From Candidatus Hydrogenedentales bacterium (GTDB lineage: Bacteria; Hydrogenedentota; Hydrogenedentia; Hydrogenedentales; SLHB01), in the NCBI GenBank assembly GCA_041859045.1, contig JBHELB010000012.1, positions 32,798 to 96,797 of the forward strand: 64,000 nt of DNA. Reading direction: 5' to 3'. The notes below the pieces were generated by a model that saw only the letters and a program-made list of their open reading frames with translations, had not been told where the DNA came from and ran no database searches. Numbering within the stretch: the stretch's first letter is position 1; the number at the start of each line of letters is the position of its first letter. This document shows, one piece after another, positions 18,710 through 27,857 of this stretch. Position numbers and translations under genes: made by a program.

Positions 18710-19897
18710 ATGGACAGCACTCAACGGGCGGAACTAAACGATCGCCACATCATGAAGACCTATGGACCGCGCTCGCTGGCGTTGGTCCGGGGCGAAGGCG
18801 CGCGCGTGTGGGATGCGGACGGCCGAGAGTACCTCGATTTTTTTGCGGGCATCGCCGTGACGAACCTGGGCCATGCGCATCCGGCGGTAACCCAGGCCAT
18901 CACCGAGCAGGCGCAAAAACTGCTGCACGTCTCGAACCTCTATTACATTGACCCGCAGATCGAGCTCGCGACGTTGTTGAGCCAGCACTGCTTTGCGCCG
19001 CGTTGGTTCTTTTCGAATTGCGGCGCCACGGCGAATGAAGCGGCGATCAAACTCGCGCGGCGGTATTGGTGGAAGAAGGGTCTGTACAAACCCACCATCA
19101 TCACCATGGACCACGGTTTTCACGGCCGCACGCTGGCCGCGATTACGGCCACGGCCCAGCCCAAATACCATCAGGGGTTCCAGCCCTTGCCCACGGGCTT
19201 TGTCTATGCGCCGTACGACGACCTCGATGCCCTCGAAGCAGCGATCACGCCGGACGTCGGCGCGATCATGCTCGAAGCGCTTCAGGGCGAGGGCGGCGTG
19301 CGCGTACCGTCGGCGGGCTACCTGCGGGGCGTGCGAGAGCTGTGCGATCGCCATCGGGTCCTCATGATTCTCGACGAAGTGCAGACCGGGTTCGGACGCA
19401 CCGGTAAATTGTTCGCCTATGAACACTCGGGTATCGCGCCCGACGTGATCACGTTGGCGAAAGCCTTGGGCAATGGGGTGCCGATTGGCGCAATGGGCGC
19501 GACGGAAGACGTCGCCACGGGTTTCGATCCCGGCATGCACGCCTCGACCTTCGGCGGCAATCCGCTGTGCTGCGCGGCGGCGTTGGCCACGGTCAAGACC
19601 CTCACCGCGCCGGGGTTCATCGACGCGGCGGCGGCGACGGGCGCCTATTTTATGGACGGCTTGGGCGCGCTGGCCAAGCGCCGGACGCAAGTGAAAGAGG
19701 TGCGAGGGCTGGGTCTAATGATCGGCGTTGAATTGAGTACGGCGGTCGCCCCGGTAATCGCGCGGATGCTCGAAGCGGGCATCATCTGCGGTCCGGCGGG
19801 CCCGAACGTGATTCGTTTTGTGCCGCCGCTCATCGTGACGAAGAAGGAAGTGGACCAAGTGCTGTCGGCGCTCGACGCGGCGTTGGGAGAAGTTTGA
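18710..19897 (+). CDS. argD: acetylornithine aminotransferase (class III PLP aminotransferase)
   Basis: MKTYGPRSLALVRGEGARVWDADGREYLDF, DEVQTGFGRTGK (PLP lysine region) and GNPLCCAAAL. RBS GGAGGG 8 nt upstream of ATG 18710. Confidence 0.85.
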   Translation: MDSTQRAELNDRHIMKTYGPRSLALVRGEGARVWDADGREYLDFFAGIAVTNLGHAHPAVTQAITEQAQKLLHVSNLYYIDPQIELATLLSQHCFAPRWFFSNCGATANEAAIKLARRYWWKKGLYKPTIITMDHGFHGRTLAAITATAQPKYHQGFQPLPTGFVYAPYDDLDALEAAITPDVGAIMLEALQGEGGVRVPSAGYLRGVRELCDRHRVLMILDEVQTGFGRTGKLFAYEHSGIAPDVITLAKALGNGVPIGAMGATEDVATGFDPGMHASTFGGNPLCCAAALATVKTLTAPGFIDAAAATGAYFMDGLGALAKRRTQVKEVRGLGLMIGVELSTAVAPVIARMLEAGIICGPAGPNVIRFVPPLIVTKKEVDQVLSALDAALGEV

Positions 19898-20853
19898 TGT
19901 ATACCGATTTTGTGACCATGCGCGACTTGACGGGCGATGAGATCCTCGCCCTACTGGACCTCGCGGACGATCTGAAGCACCGGCAGCACAACGGGCAGTC
20001 GCACCGTCTGCTCGAAGGCCAGTCGTTGGCCATGATCTTCGAGAAGCCGAGCCTGCGCACGCGGGTGACGTTCGAGGTGGGCATCTTCCAGCTCGGCGGC
20101 CACGCCGTGGTGATGGAATCGAAGGAGTCGCGCTTGGGCGAACGCGAGTCGGTGCCGGACGTCGCGCGCAACCTCGACCGCTGGGTCGATGGCATCATGG
20201 CACGTACGTTCAGTCACGAGGCGGTGGAAGATCTTGCGCGGCATGCGTCGGTGCCGGTGATCAACGCGTTGACGGATAAGCTGCATCCGTGCCAGGTGCT
20301 GGCCGATGCGCAGACCCTGCGCGAGCACAAGGGCGACGATTTCTCGAGCCTGAAAGTGGTGTTTGTGGGCGACGGCAACAACGTGTGTGCGTCGTGGTTC
20401 AATTTCGCCGCGCGCCTGCCGCTCAATGTCACGCTCGTGTGCCCGCCGGGATACGAGGCCGATAGCGAAATCTTTGCATATGCCCGCGAACACGCGAAGG
20501 GCGAGGTGGTCATGACGCACGATCTCGAGGCGGGCCTCAAAGACGCCGACTGCATCTACACCGATGTCTGGGCGAGCATGGGTCAGGAAGAAGAGTCCGA
20601 ACGGCGCAAGCGCGTCTTCGCACCGTACCAAGTGAACGCGCAGGTCATGGCGATGGCGAAGAAAGACGCCGTGTTCATGCACTGTCTGCCCGCCAAGCGC
20701 GGCCTCGAGGTCACCGACGACGTGCTCGACGGTCCGCAGTCGATCGTGTTCGACGAAGCGGAGAACCGCCTCCACGCGCAGAAGGCCGTGATGGTCACGC
20801 TCATGCGCAAAGGCCCGGACGGCCTCTGCGCAAAGCGCCGCGCCCGGCAGTAG
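19897..20853 (+). CDS. argF: ornithine carbamoyltransferase
   Basis: PSLRTRVTFEVG (STRTR carbamoyl-phosphate motif), HCLPAKRGLEVTD and VFVGDGNNV. TGATG overlap with the argD stop. Confidence 0.9.
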   Translation: MYTDFVTMRDLTGDEILALLDLADDLKHRQHNGQSHRLLEGQSLAMIFEKPSLRTRVTFEVGIFQLGGHAVVMESKESRLGERESVPDVARNLDRWVDGIMARTFSHEAVEDLARHASVPVINALTDKLHPCQVLADAQTLREHKGDDFSSLKVVFVGDGNNVCASWFNFAARLPLNVTLVCPPGYEADSEIFAYAREHAKGEVVMTHDLEAGLKDADCIYTDVWASMGQEEESERRKRVFAPYQVNAQVMAMAKKDAVFMHCLPAKRGLEVTDDVLDGPQSIVFDEAENRLHAQKAVMVTLMRKGPDGLCAKRRARQ

Positions 20854-20859
20854 TCGGGC

Positions 20860-22581
20860 TCACCCTTCTTCGTGCCGCAAGATTTCGCGCATGCGGATTT
20901 CGCGCGCCTGAAGGTATTCGCCCATGGGCTTGAGGCTCATCGCGTACCCCCCTGCCGTCAGCGCGAGAAACACCAGGGCGAGCAGCAGTCCGACGGGAAA
21001 AGACTGGAAACTCAGGGCCAAATCCGCGAAGTACACGATGAACAGCGACGCAAAGACCAAGGGCAGCGTCGCGACACGAATCAGGAACGCCCAAAACATG
21101 TTCGTGCCCCCCGCGGAATTCGCGCGAAGATTGTCGCGGTTCAGCGGAATCGGCAAATAGATCGACTGCACGTTACCGGCAGTGCAGGCCAATAGACAGG
21201 TCTGCATGGACAGGACCAGCGCTGTCACGAAGAAAATGGGCCGGACCTCGCCCATAAATGCAATCGCGACCGCCAATCCCAGAAACAGCAACACGCCCAA
21301 TGGACCGAGGACGAGGTTGCGGGCGGCGAGGTATTTCCAGCGCGGCGCGGGCAGCAACATCAACGCCTGAAACCCTCGACCATCCAAGCCGAAGGTGTTG
21401 TTCAGCAGACTGCTCGAGAACAGGGTGGAGAGCCCAGCCGCCGCCAAGAGCGCAAGGTCGTGATTTTTGGAGGAAATATCGAGGACGTTCTGCTTCCAGA
21501 AGAAGAAGAACACAAACACGGCCGAGAAGACATACTGCATAAAGATCTGCATTCTGATTTGCGGATGACGGAAATAGAGCAGCGCCGTGGAGAAAACCAA
21601 GGCCTGCAAGTCATCGCTCAGAAACGGCAGCGTGGCGGCCGTGCGGATGCTCTTTGCACGCACAGACGTGACCGCCTTCTGTGGCGCCACTTTGCGAAGC
21701 TTCCCCCCCACTCCGCGGTAATGACGCAGCGTCGTGCGTAGCGCAAGGCCATAGCCGACCGCACCCACGCCCAGCATCCCCAGGCCGAAAAGCCCGGCAG
21801 CCCCGTAGCGATGCTCGGCAACCGCCTGCGCGCCAAGCGCCATCCACCCCGGCGGCAACGCTAGGTTTACGCGGCGGAATGTCGTTTCGATGGTGTGTGG
21901 CGAGGGTCCTTGATGGGAGACCTGTTCCGAGGACGCGTTATGTCTATTATTGTGAAAGAAGACGTTCTGGGCGATCATAGGGCCTTGCGATAGCAGAACG
22001 ATGCACAAGGTGGCCACGCTGATAATCACCCGGCGACGCCGCTTGTTCTCGAACATGACGGCGATCCACCCACGCACGTGATAGCACCACGCCTCGAGCA
22101 TCAGCAGAAAGATCACGGTTAAGGGAATGATGAGCAGCATGCGCGGTCCCTGGCTAATCGCGAGCCCGAGACTGAATCCGGTTGCGACGGAAAGGACCAG
22201 GCCGTTTCCAGGCGCCATGCACGCGGCGAGAAAGTTGAGTGCAAACACCGCGCGTAGCGATACGGGAAGATGAAGCAGCTTGCGCAGGTCGATACCGGCA
22301 CCGCGGGAAATCTCGGTGAGTAGCGCTGACGCCCAGAAGATGAGTATGGCGAAAATGGCGGCATCGAAACCGAGCACGAGTGCCATACCGTCGAGTTTGC
22401 CCCGCTCAAGAAAAAATCCTAGCGAGAAAGAACCGATACTGGCGCCCAGTACGGACAATACGCCAAAGAGCACATACACCGTGCGCACGACCAAGGCCGC
22501 CCGCGCAGAGGTCGAGCGCGTCCATATGCGCCAAAGGATCGTCAGGCGCAGCCAGATCAGGGCGAGGAGTTGGTCACGCAT
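20860..22581 (-). CDS. large polytopic ABC-transporter permease (573 aa), coupled to the upstream ATPase
   Basis: More than 10 hydrophobic helices. Its start ATG (22579-22581) overlaps the ATPase stop (ATGCGTGA). Confidence 0.6.
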   Translation of the reverse strand: MRDQLLALIWLRLTILWRIWTRSTSARAALVVRTVYVLFGVLSVLGASIGSFSLGFFLERGKLDGMALVLGFDAAIFAILIFWASALLTEISRGAGIDLRKLLHLPVSLRAVFALNFLAACMAPGNGLVLSVATGFSLGLAISQGPRMLLIIPLTVIFLLMLEAWCYHVRGWIAVMFENKRRRRVIISVATLCIVLLSQGPMIAQNVFFHNNRHNASSEQVSHQGPSPHTIETTFRRVNLALPPGWMALGAQAVAEHRYGAAGLFGLGMLGVGAVGYGLALRTTLRHYRGVGGKLRKVAPQKAVTSVRAKSIRTAATLPFLSDDLQALVFSTALLYFRHPQIRMQIFMQYVFSAVFVFFFFWKQNVLDISSKNHDLALLAAAGLSTLFSSSLLNNTFGLDGRGFQALMLLPAPRWKYLAARNLVLGPLGVLLFLGLAVAIAFMGEVRPIFFVTALVLSMQTCLLACTAGNVQSIYLPIPLNRDNLRANSAGGTNMFWAFLIRVATLPLVFASLFIVYFADLALSFQSFPVGLLLALVFLALTAGGYAMSLKPMGEYLQAREIRMREILRHEEG

Positions 22582-23350
22582 CTGCGGCGCTCCCCAGCCA
22601 GGAGAGGGCGACCTCCGAATAACCGGTCTCGCCGACGGCCTGAACGAACAGGTCCTCGAGGGAAAGTCCCTGGGCGAGGTTGCCCATCTCACCCTGCACG
22701 ACGAGTTTGCCCTTGTGGATGATGCCGACGTGCGTGCACAGGCGTTCGACGATCTCGAGGACATGTGACGTGATGAAAACCGTCGCGCCACGCTTCACCA
22801 TTTGCTCGAGCGCGGCGCGGATCGTGCGCGCGGCAATGGGGTCGACGCCCTCGAAGGGTTCGTCCAAGAAGAGCAACGCCGGATCGTGAATAATCGCGGC
22901 GGCCAGGGCGAGTTTCTTGCGCATCCCGTGCGAAAAATCGAGGATATACGTCTTGTCTGTGTCCGATAGGCCCAGCATTTCGAGCAATTCCTCGCGGCGC
23001 GTCTCGATCTGCGCCTTGGGCAAGCGGTACATCCGGCCGATAAACGTCAGGTACTCGCGCGCGGTCAGGCTGTCGTAGAGGCAAAGGTCTTCGGGCACGA
23101 CGCCGATGCGTTGTTTGACGACGAGCGGTTCCGCAAAGAAGTCGTGACCAAGCACACGCGCCTTGCCCGCGCTTGGTGCGATGAGGCCGGTGAGGATTTT
23201 GATGGTCGTTGATTTGCCCGCGCCATTGGGTCCGAGGAAGCCGTACACACTGCCCGTCGGCACGCACAGGTCAATGCGGTCTACCGCGGTGAACGTGCCA
23301 AACACCTTACTCAACTGTCCCGTCTCGATGCACCAGCCGTTCTGCGACAT
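22574..23350 (-). CDS. ABC transporter ATP-binding protein
   Basis: Walker A GPNGAGKST, signature LSHGMRKKLALAAA and Walker B LLFLDEPFEGVD. Confidence 0.85.
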   Translation of the reverse strand: MSQNGWCIETGQLSKVFGTFTAVDRIDLCVPTGSVYGFLGPNGAGKSTTIKILTGLIAPSAGKARVLGHDFFAEPLVVKQRIGVVPEDLCLYDSLTAREYLTFIGRMYRLPKAQIETRREELLEMLGLSDTDKTYILDFSHGMRKKLALAAAIIHDPALLFLDEPFEGVDPIAARTIRAALEQMVKRGATVFITSHVLEIVERLCTHVGIIHKGKLVVQGEMGNLAQGLSLEDLFVQAVGETGYSEVALSWLGSAADA

Positions 23351-23421
23351 AGAGAATTCCCCGCTCTTCCCCAGTGGACTATGCCGCAGTGTAGCACAGA
23401 GTAGATGGACAACGGCACCGG

Positions 23422-24495
23422 CTACTTTCGTTCGAAGGTCACGATCCCCTGCCCCAACTGCACCATCGCGTCGGAAGAGAGAAACGCCGCGGCATCGCGG
23501 TTCTCTTTGAGGTATGCATCGAAAAACGCCGTGCTCGCCGCGAGCACGCAGGCGTAGATGTGTTCGGGGTCCGTGCCGATGGAGTTCAGCGCGAGTGTGC
23601 GCTTGAACAGGGCGCGCTCCACCCGCCCGCGCAACGGCCCCACGAAGGCTTCGGGATCGGACGCGCCCGGGCCGAGGTACGACAGGTGATGCGCGCCTTT
23701 AAGGTAGACCATGTATTTGTTCCCTGGTGGAGAGAAAAGATACGGTTCGAGCCGCCAGGTGCCCTCGAGCAACGGCCGGCCCGGATCGCGCGTGCCCGAC
23801 ATCACCATCAAGGGCAGGTCCATCTCTTTCCATGAGTCCTCTTCGAGTCCCCACTGATCGCGTCCTGGCCCTGACAACACCAGCGCCGCTTTGAAGCGCG
23901 GATCTCGCAGGCGTTGCGCGTCGCCGTTCGGGTACAGAATCGTGCCCGCCGCGAGCAATGCCGTATAGCCGCCGAACGAATGTCCCGCCACCGCGCATCG
24001 CTCAGGATCTATCTTGTCCGTGAGTTCGGGCAACGCATCGGCAATCGCGTCCAGCCCATCCAACACCGCGCTCAGATCGCGAACGCGATCGGCCCACGCG
24101 TCCGGCCCCAACTCATCCGCCCTCCGGAACTCCTCCACGGCGCGGCCGAGATCAAACGCGCCGCGCGGCGCACGATCCGCCAGGTGTGTGGGATGAATCA
24201 CGACGTAGCCGTGGCTGGCCCAATGAATCCCAAGCCCCGGGGCGTAGTCCTTCGAGCCGCCGACGCCATGAGAGAACACGATCACCGGAAACGGGCCCGG
24301 CGCGTCGGGATAGTAAATCTTCACCGGCACGGCACGCCCACGCTGCGGGTCGTCCACATCCCACTCGTTCACAATGCCGACTTCGTACAGCCCCAGCGCG
24401 CCGGAATACGTCGCGTCCGCGCGAGCCAGCGGACTTAACACTGCACAGAGCGCAAACGCTGCGAGCAAAACAGACAGGAAGTGTGACGGTCGCAT
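23422..24495 (-). CDS. secreted alpha/beta-hydrolase (PAF-acetylhydrolase / dienelactone-hydrolase-like esterase)
   Basis: Signal peptide MRPSHFLSVLLAAFALCAVLSPLARA. Nucleophile elbow GHSFGG. VIVFSHGVGGS block. Confidence 0.7.
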   Translation of the reverse strand: MRPSHFLSVLLAAFALCAVLSPLARADATYSGALGLYEVGIVNEWDVDDPQRGRAVPVKIYYPDAPGPFPVIVFSHGVGGSKDYAPGLGIHWASHGYVVIHPTHLADRAPRGAFDLGRAVEEFRRADELGPDAWADRVRDLSAVLDGLDAIADALPELTDKIDPERCAVAGHSFGGYTALLAAGTILYPNGDAQRLRDPRFKAALVLSGPGRDQWGLEEDSWKEMDLPLMVMSGTRDPGRPLLEGTWRLEPYLFSPPGNKYMVYLKGAHHLSYLGPGASDPEAFVGPLRGRVERALFKRTLALNSIGTDPEHIYACVLAASTAFFDAYLKENRDAAAFLSSDAMVQLGQGIVTFERK

Positions 24496-24663
24496 GGTGG
24501 AATTCCTTTTTACTACATGTAGCTATCATACCCCACGCGACGCGAAACGTTGCGCTCCTCGTCAAACTAAAAAAGAAAACTTTGGGAGACGAAAGTCTTC
24601 TCCTGCAACCGACGGAAATGCGCTGCTGAAGAACGAATATCCAAGTTATTGTGCTTCGAGGGG

Positions 24664-24692
24664 TTGACAAGCGCACAGTAGACCGGTACACT
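24664..24692 (+). promoter_or_regulatory. sigma70-like promoter (TTGACA-17-TACACT) for the small ORF and possibly znuABC
   Basis: TTGACA at 24664-24669, a 17-nt spacer, then TACACT at 24687-24692. It lies about 95 nt upstream of ATG 24789. Confidence 0.4.
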
Positions 24693-24699
24693 ATCATCA

Positions 24700-24717
24700 G
24701 CGTGCGAAGCCGCACGC
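24700..24717 (+). promoter_or_regulatory. perfect palindrome GCGTGCG-AAGC-CGCACGC just downstream of the -10 (candidate operator)
   Basis: 7-bp inverted repeat with a 4-nt spacer at about +8 to +25 relative to the putative -10. This position suits a repressor site, for example Zur-like regulation of znu. Confidence 0.3.
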
Positions 24718-24788
24718 GACTCGTCGGCCGTATCGGCGAGGCGGAAGTTTGGTAAAGTGGCAACACGTAACGAGAAGGGGAAGCTGAC

Positions 24789-24908
24789 ATGGAAAAGGGT
24801 TGGGACAACATCTTCGATCCGACTACGTGGGAATTCTGGGTAGCGTCGCTGTTCATTTGGTTCATCACCATCCCCGGCGCGATCCTGAAGTGGATCGGCG
24901 TCTTCTAA
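24789..24908 (+). CDS. 39-aa Trp-rich single-TM mini-protein (possible leader or small membrane protein) upstream of znuA
   Basis: MEKGWDNIFDPTTWEFWVASLFIWFITIPGAILKWIGVF. RBS GAGAAGGGGAAG before the ATG. It is below the 60-aa cutoff of the supplied track. It has its own promoter candidate and a terminator hairpin. Confidence 0.45.
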   Translation: MEKGWDNIFDPTTWEFWVASLFIWFITIPGAILKWIGVF

Positions 24909-24935
24909 ATCGGAAGACGAATTTCTGACGTTATT

Positions 24936-24976
24936 GGGACGCGGGATCGTAAGGTCCCGCGTCTCTGTTTTGTTGG
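24936..24976 (+). terminator. intrinsic terminator/attenuator between the mini-ORF and znuA
   Basis: 11-bp stem GGGACGCGGGA (24936-24946) / TCCCGCGTCTC (24955-24965) with an 8-nt loop, then TGTTTTGTTGG. Only about 40 nt remain before the znuA RBS. Confidence 0.5.
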
Positions 24977-25015
24977 AGAAGGCGGAAATATTCCTATTCC
25001 CCGGAGGACGGACCC

Positions 25016-25894
25016 ATGATCCGGTGCTGCGTCGTGGTGCTGTTGAGTCTCGTTGCGAGTTCGGCGTATGCCGAACTGCACGTTGTGGCGACGGTTCAGC
25101 CCTTGGCCGAGATCGTGCGCGGCGTCGCCGGAAACCGGGCCGCAGTGCAACGCATGTTGCCGCCGGGCGTCTCCCCACATACTTATTCCCCAAAGCCCAG
25201 CGACATGAAGGCCGTCGACGCCGCACAGGTAGTATTCTGGGTAGGCGCGGGGGTGGACGACTGGGCGGCCAAACTGCCGCATTCACGAAAAATTTCGCTT
25301 TTCGAATTACTTCCTCAATCGCTTCGCGTTCGCGGCGAAGCGCATCATGATCACGAGGAACATGGCGAGGAACCACATGAGGAAACCGCATGGGACGCCC
25401 ACTTCTGGATGGACCCTCAAGCGGTGAAAGCGGTGTTACCGGGGCTCGTCAAGGCATTGAGCGACCTTGATGCTGCCGGGCGCGGGGAATATGAGAGCAA
25501 CGCCGCCCGGTTCTCTGCGGAACTGGATGCGCTGGACGCCGAACTGGCGGCGCTCTTGTCTCCAATCAAAGGAAAGACGGTGGTCTCGTTTCACCCCTCG
25601 ATGCTCTACCTGATCAAGCGCTACGGACTCGTGGATGGCGGCAGTATTGAGCCGTTCCCCGGCAAGGAACCGACACCGCAATATCTCAAGGCGCTGCAGG
25701 AACGTCTGCGGAGCACAGGAACGAAGGCGATTTTCACCGAGCCGACGTTGCCGCCGGGGCCGGGGCGTGTGTTGGCGGAAGCCGCCGGGGTCAAACTGTC
25801 AGAACTGGACGGCATGGGCGGTCAGCCGGGCCGCGAGACCTTACGGGAGATTCTGCTCTACAATGCCCGGCAATTGGCTGAGGCGCTGCAATGA
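25016..25894 (+). CDS. znuA: zinc ABC transporter substrate-binding protein
   Basis: Signal peptide. ELHVVATVQPLAEIV block. His/acidic-rich loop GEAHHDHEEHGEEPHEE typical of ZnuA. RBS GGAGGA. Confidence 0.85.
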   Translation: MIRCCVVVLLSLVASSAYAELHVVATVQPLAEIVRGVAGNRAAVQRMLPPGVSPHTYSPKPSDMKAVDAAQVVFWVGAGVDDWAAKLPHSRKISLFELLPQSLRVRGEAHHDHEEHGEEPHEETAWDAHFWMDPQAVKAVLPGLVKALSDLDAAGRGEYESNAARFSAELDALDAELAALLSPIKGKTVVSFHPSMLYLIKRYGLVDGGSIEPFPGKEPTPQYLKALQERLRSTGTKAIFTEPTLPPGPGRVLAEAAGVKLSELDGMGGQPGRETLREILLYNARQLAEALQ

Positions 25895-26649
25895 ATCCCG
25901 CCGCTATCGAGACAGAAGGCCTGCGCGTCCGCGTCGGCGCCACGCTGGCGCTCGACGATCTGAACGTGTCTGTGCCGCCGGGAACGTTTACCGCAGTGAT
26001 TGGACCGAACGGCGCGGGAAAATCCACGTTGCTTCGAGCGCTGCTCGGTTTGCTGACGCCAGAGGCTGGGCGGATTCGGCTGTTTGGAGAGCCGCTCGCC
26101 CACGCGCCGGCGGAATGGCTGGGCTACGTTCCCCAATTCAAGACCCATGACCTCACCTTTCCTGCGCGCGCGGTGGATCTTGTGGTATCGGGACTGCGGC
26201 GGAGCTGGCCGTGGCGTGCATCTCGTGGCGAGCGCGCAAAGGCGGAGGCCGCACTCGCACGGGCGGGCGCAGGACACCTGGCGGACCGATTGCTTCCTGG
26301 CCTATCGGGCGGCGAGCTGCAACGCGTCCATCTGGCGCGGGCGCTGGTGCGTCAGCCACGACTGGTGTTACTCGACGAGCCCAACGCGGGCATGGACGCC
26401 AGCGCGGAAGCGGACATGTACCATGTACTCGAGGCGTATCCCGCGCAAACCGGCGCAACGGTGGTCATGGTGACGCACGACTGGGAAGGCGCGCGGTACC
26501 ACGCCAGCCACGTGCTGTTGCTGCACCGTCAACTCATCGCGTTTGGTCCACCGGCCGACGTGCTCGAGGAGCGGCGGCTGAGTCAGGCCTTCGGCCATGC
26601 GCTGCCGGGACATGCCGCGCTTCCCCCAGGAGGGCACCCCAATGCTTGA
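25891..26649 (+). CDS. znuC: zinc ABC transporter ATP-binding protein
   Basis: Walker A GPNGAGKST, LSGGELQRVHLARAL and Walker B LVLLDEP. ATGA overlap with znuA. Confidence 0.85.
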   Translation: MNPAAIETEGLRVRVGATLALDDLNVSVPPGTFTAVIGPNGAGKSTLLRALLGLLTPEAGRIRLFGEPLAHAPAEWLGYVPQFKTHDLTFPARAVDLVVSGLRRSWPWRASRGERAKAEAALARAGAGHLADRLLPGLSGGELQRVHLARALVRQPRLVLLDEPNAGMDASAEADMYHVLEAYPAQTGATVVMVTHDWEGARYHASHVLLLHRQLIAFGPPADVLEERRLSQAFGHALPGHAALPPGGHPNA

Positions 26650-27445
26650 GGTCATGAGCCTACCCTTCATGCAGCGCGCGCTGGTCGCGGGGTTATTGGT
26701 GGGGGGCTTGGCGGGGTTCTACGGTGTCTTCGTCACGCAGCGTGGGTTGAGCTTCATGGGCGACGGCCTTGCGCACGCCGCGTTTGGCGGCGCGGCGCTG
26801 GGGATACTCCTTGGCGTGGCGCCGTTGTGGGTGGCGGCGGCGTGGGCAATGGTGACGGCCCTGGCGATCGTCTGGGTGCAACATCAGGGGCGTCTGCGCG
26901 GCGACGCGGCCATTGGCATATTCTTTGCCGTGTCGATGTCGCTCGGCGTCGTGTTTTTGTCGAAGACCGAGTCGTTCACCGGCGATGCGTTCAACTACCT
27001 GTTCGGTTCGATCCTGTTTGTGACGTGGAGCGACGTGGCGGTGGGTGCCGTGTTACTGGCAGTGTCCTTGCTTCTGCTGCCGTTGTGGGGGCGCTGGGCC
27101 TATGCCACGTTCGACCGCGAACTTGCGCAGGCCGATCGGCTCAATGTCAATCGTTTGGACTACGTGCTCGCCCTCTGTGTTGCGGCGACGGTCGTCGTAT
27201 CCGTGAAAATCGCCGGCATTGTGTTGGTATCGGCGTTCCTGATCATTCCCCCGGCGACGGCCCGGTTCTTGGCGCGGTCTTTCTCGGGTATGACGCTATG
27301 GTCTGTTGGCCTTGGTATGGCCAGCGCCGCCCTGGGGCTTTGGTTTTCCTATGCCCAGGACTTGCCGACGGGCCCCGCGATGGTGCTGGTGCAAGCGGCG
27401 GCGTTTGTCTGCGCGCTGACATTTAGCCAATTTCGAAAACCTTGA
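26643..27445 (+). CDS. znuB: zinc ABC transporter permease
   Basis: About 267 aa with 8-9 TM helices. Its start overlaps the znuC 3' end. It is the third gene of the znu-type operon. Confidence 0.85.
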
Positions 27446-27856
27446 CTACAGGTCGAACAACACCCGCGCTTCCCATCCCGCTTCGTCCTGGCGAATTTCG
27501 AGTCCGTGCCGCGTAGCGGCTTTTACCTCCGTCTCCCGCTCGTCGGGCGTCACCTCATACCCTTCGAGATGGAGCGTCAGGGCGCCGTCCTCGTGCAAGG
27601 TCACTTCAAAATGGGACGCGGCAAAGTGCTGGACGTCTAGAAGGTAGATGAGTTCGCGCAGCACATGGGCGAGCGCCTCCTCCGGCGAGTCGGCGGGCGG
27701 CAGTGTAACGCGCTGCCTCAGCGCACGCTCCTTGCGCGGAACCGTCAGTGTGACGGCATAGAGCGCACGCGCCGCCGCCTCAGCCAGTTCCGCGAAGTCA
27801 CGCCCTCGACACCACGCCACAACGTCGGCGGTATGCGGTTCGAGGCGGTATTCCAT
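27446..27856 (-). CDS. archease-family protein
   Basis: 136 aa. The N-terminus MEYRLEPHTADVVAWCRG matches the archease HTAD block. Size and C-terminal pattern match the family. Its start lies 1 nt after the stop of the upstream radical-SAM gene. Confidence 0.8.
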   Translation of the reverse strand: MEYRLEPHTADVVAWCRGRDFAELAEAAARALYAVTLTVPRKERALRQRVTLPPADSPEEALAHVLRELIYLLDVQHFAASHFEVTLHEDGALTLHLEGYEVTPDERETEVKAATRHGLEIRQDEAGWEARVLFDL

Positions 27857-27857
27857 A

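Noticed and set aside
18734-20775. 318-aa and 274-aa minus-strand ORFs opposite argD and argF
   Set aside because: They are antisense to two unambiguous arginine-biosynthesis genes.
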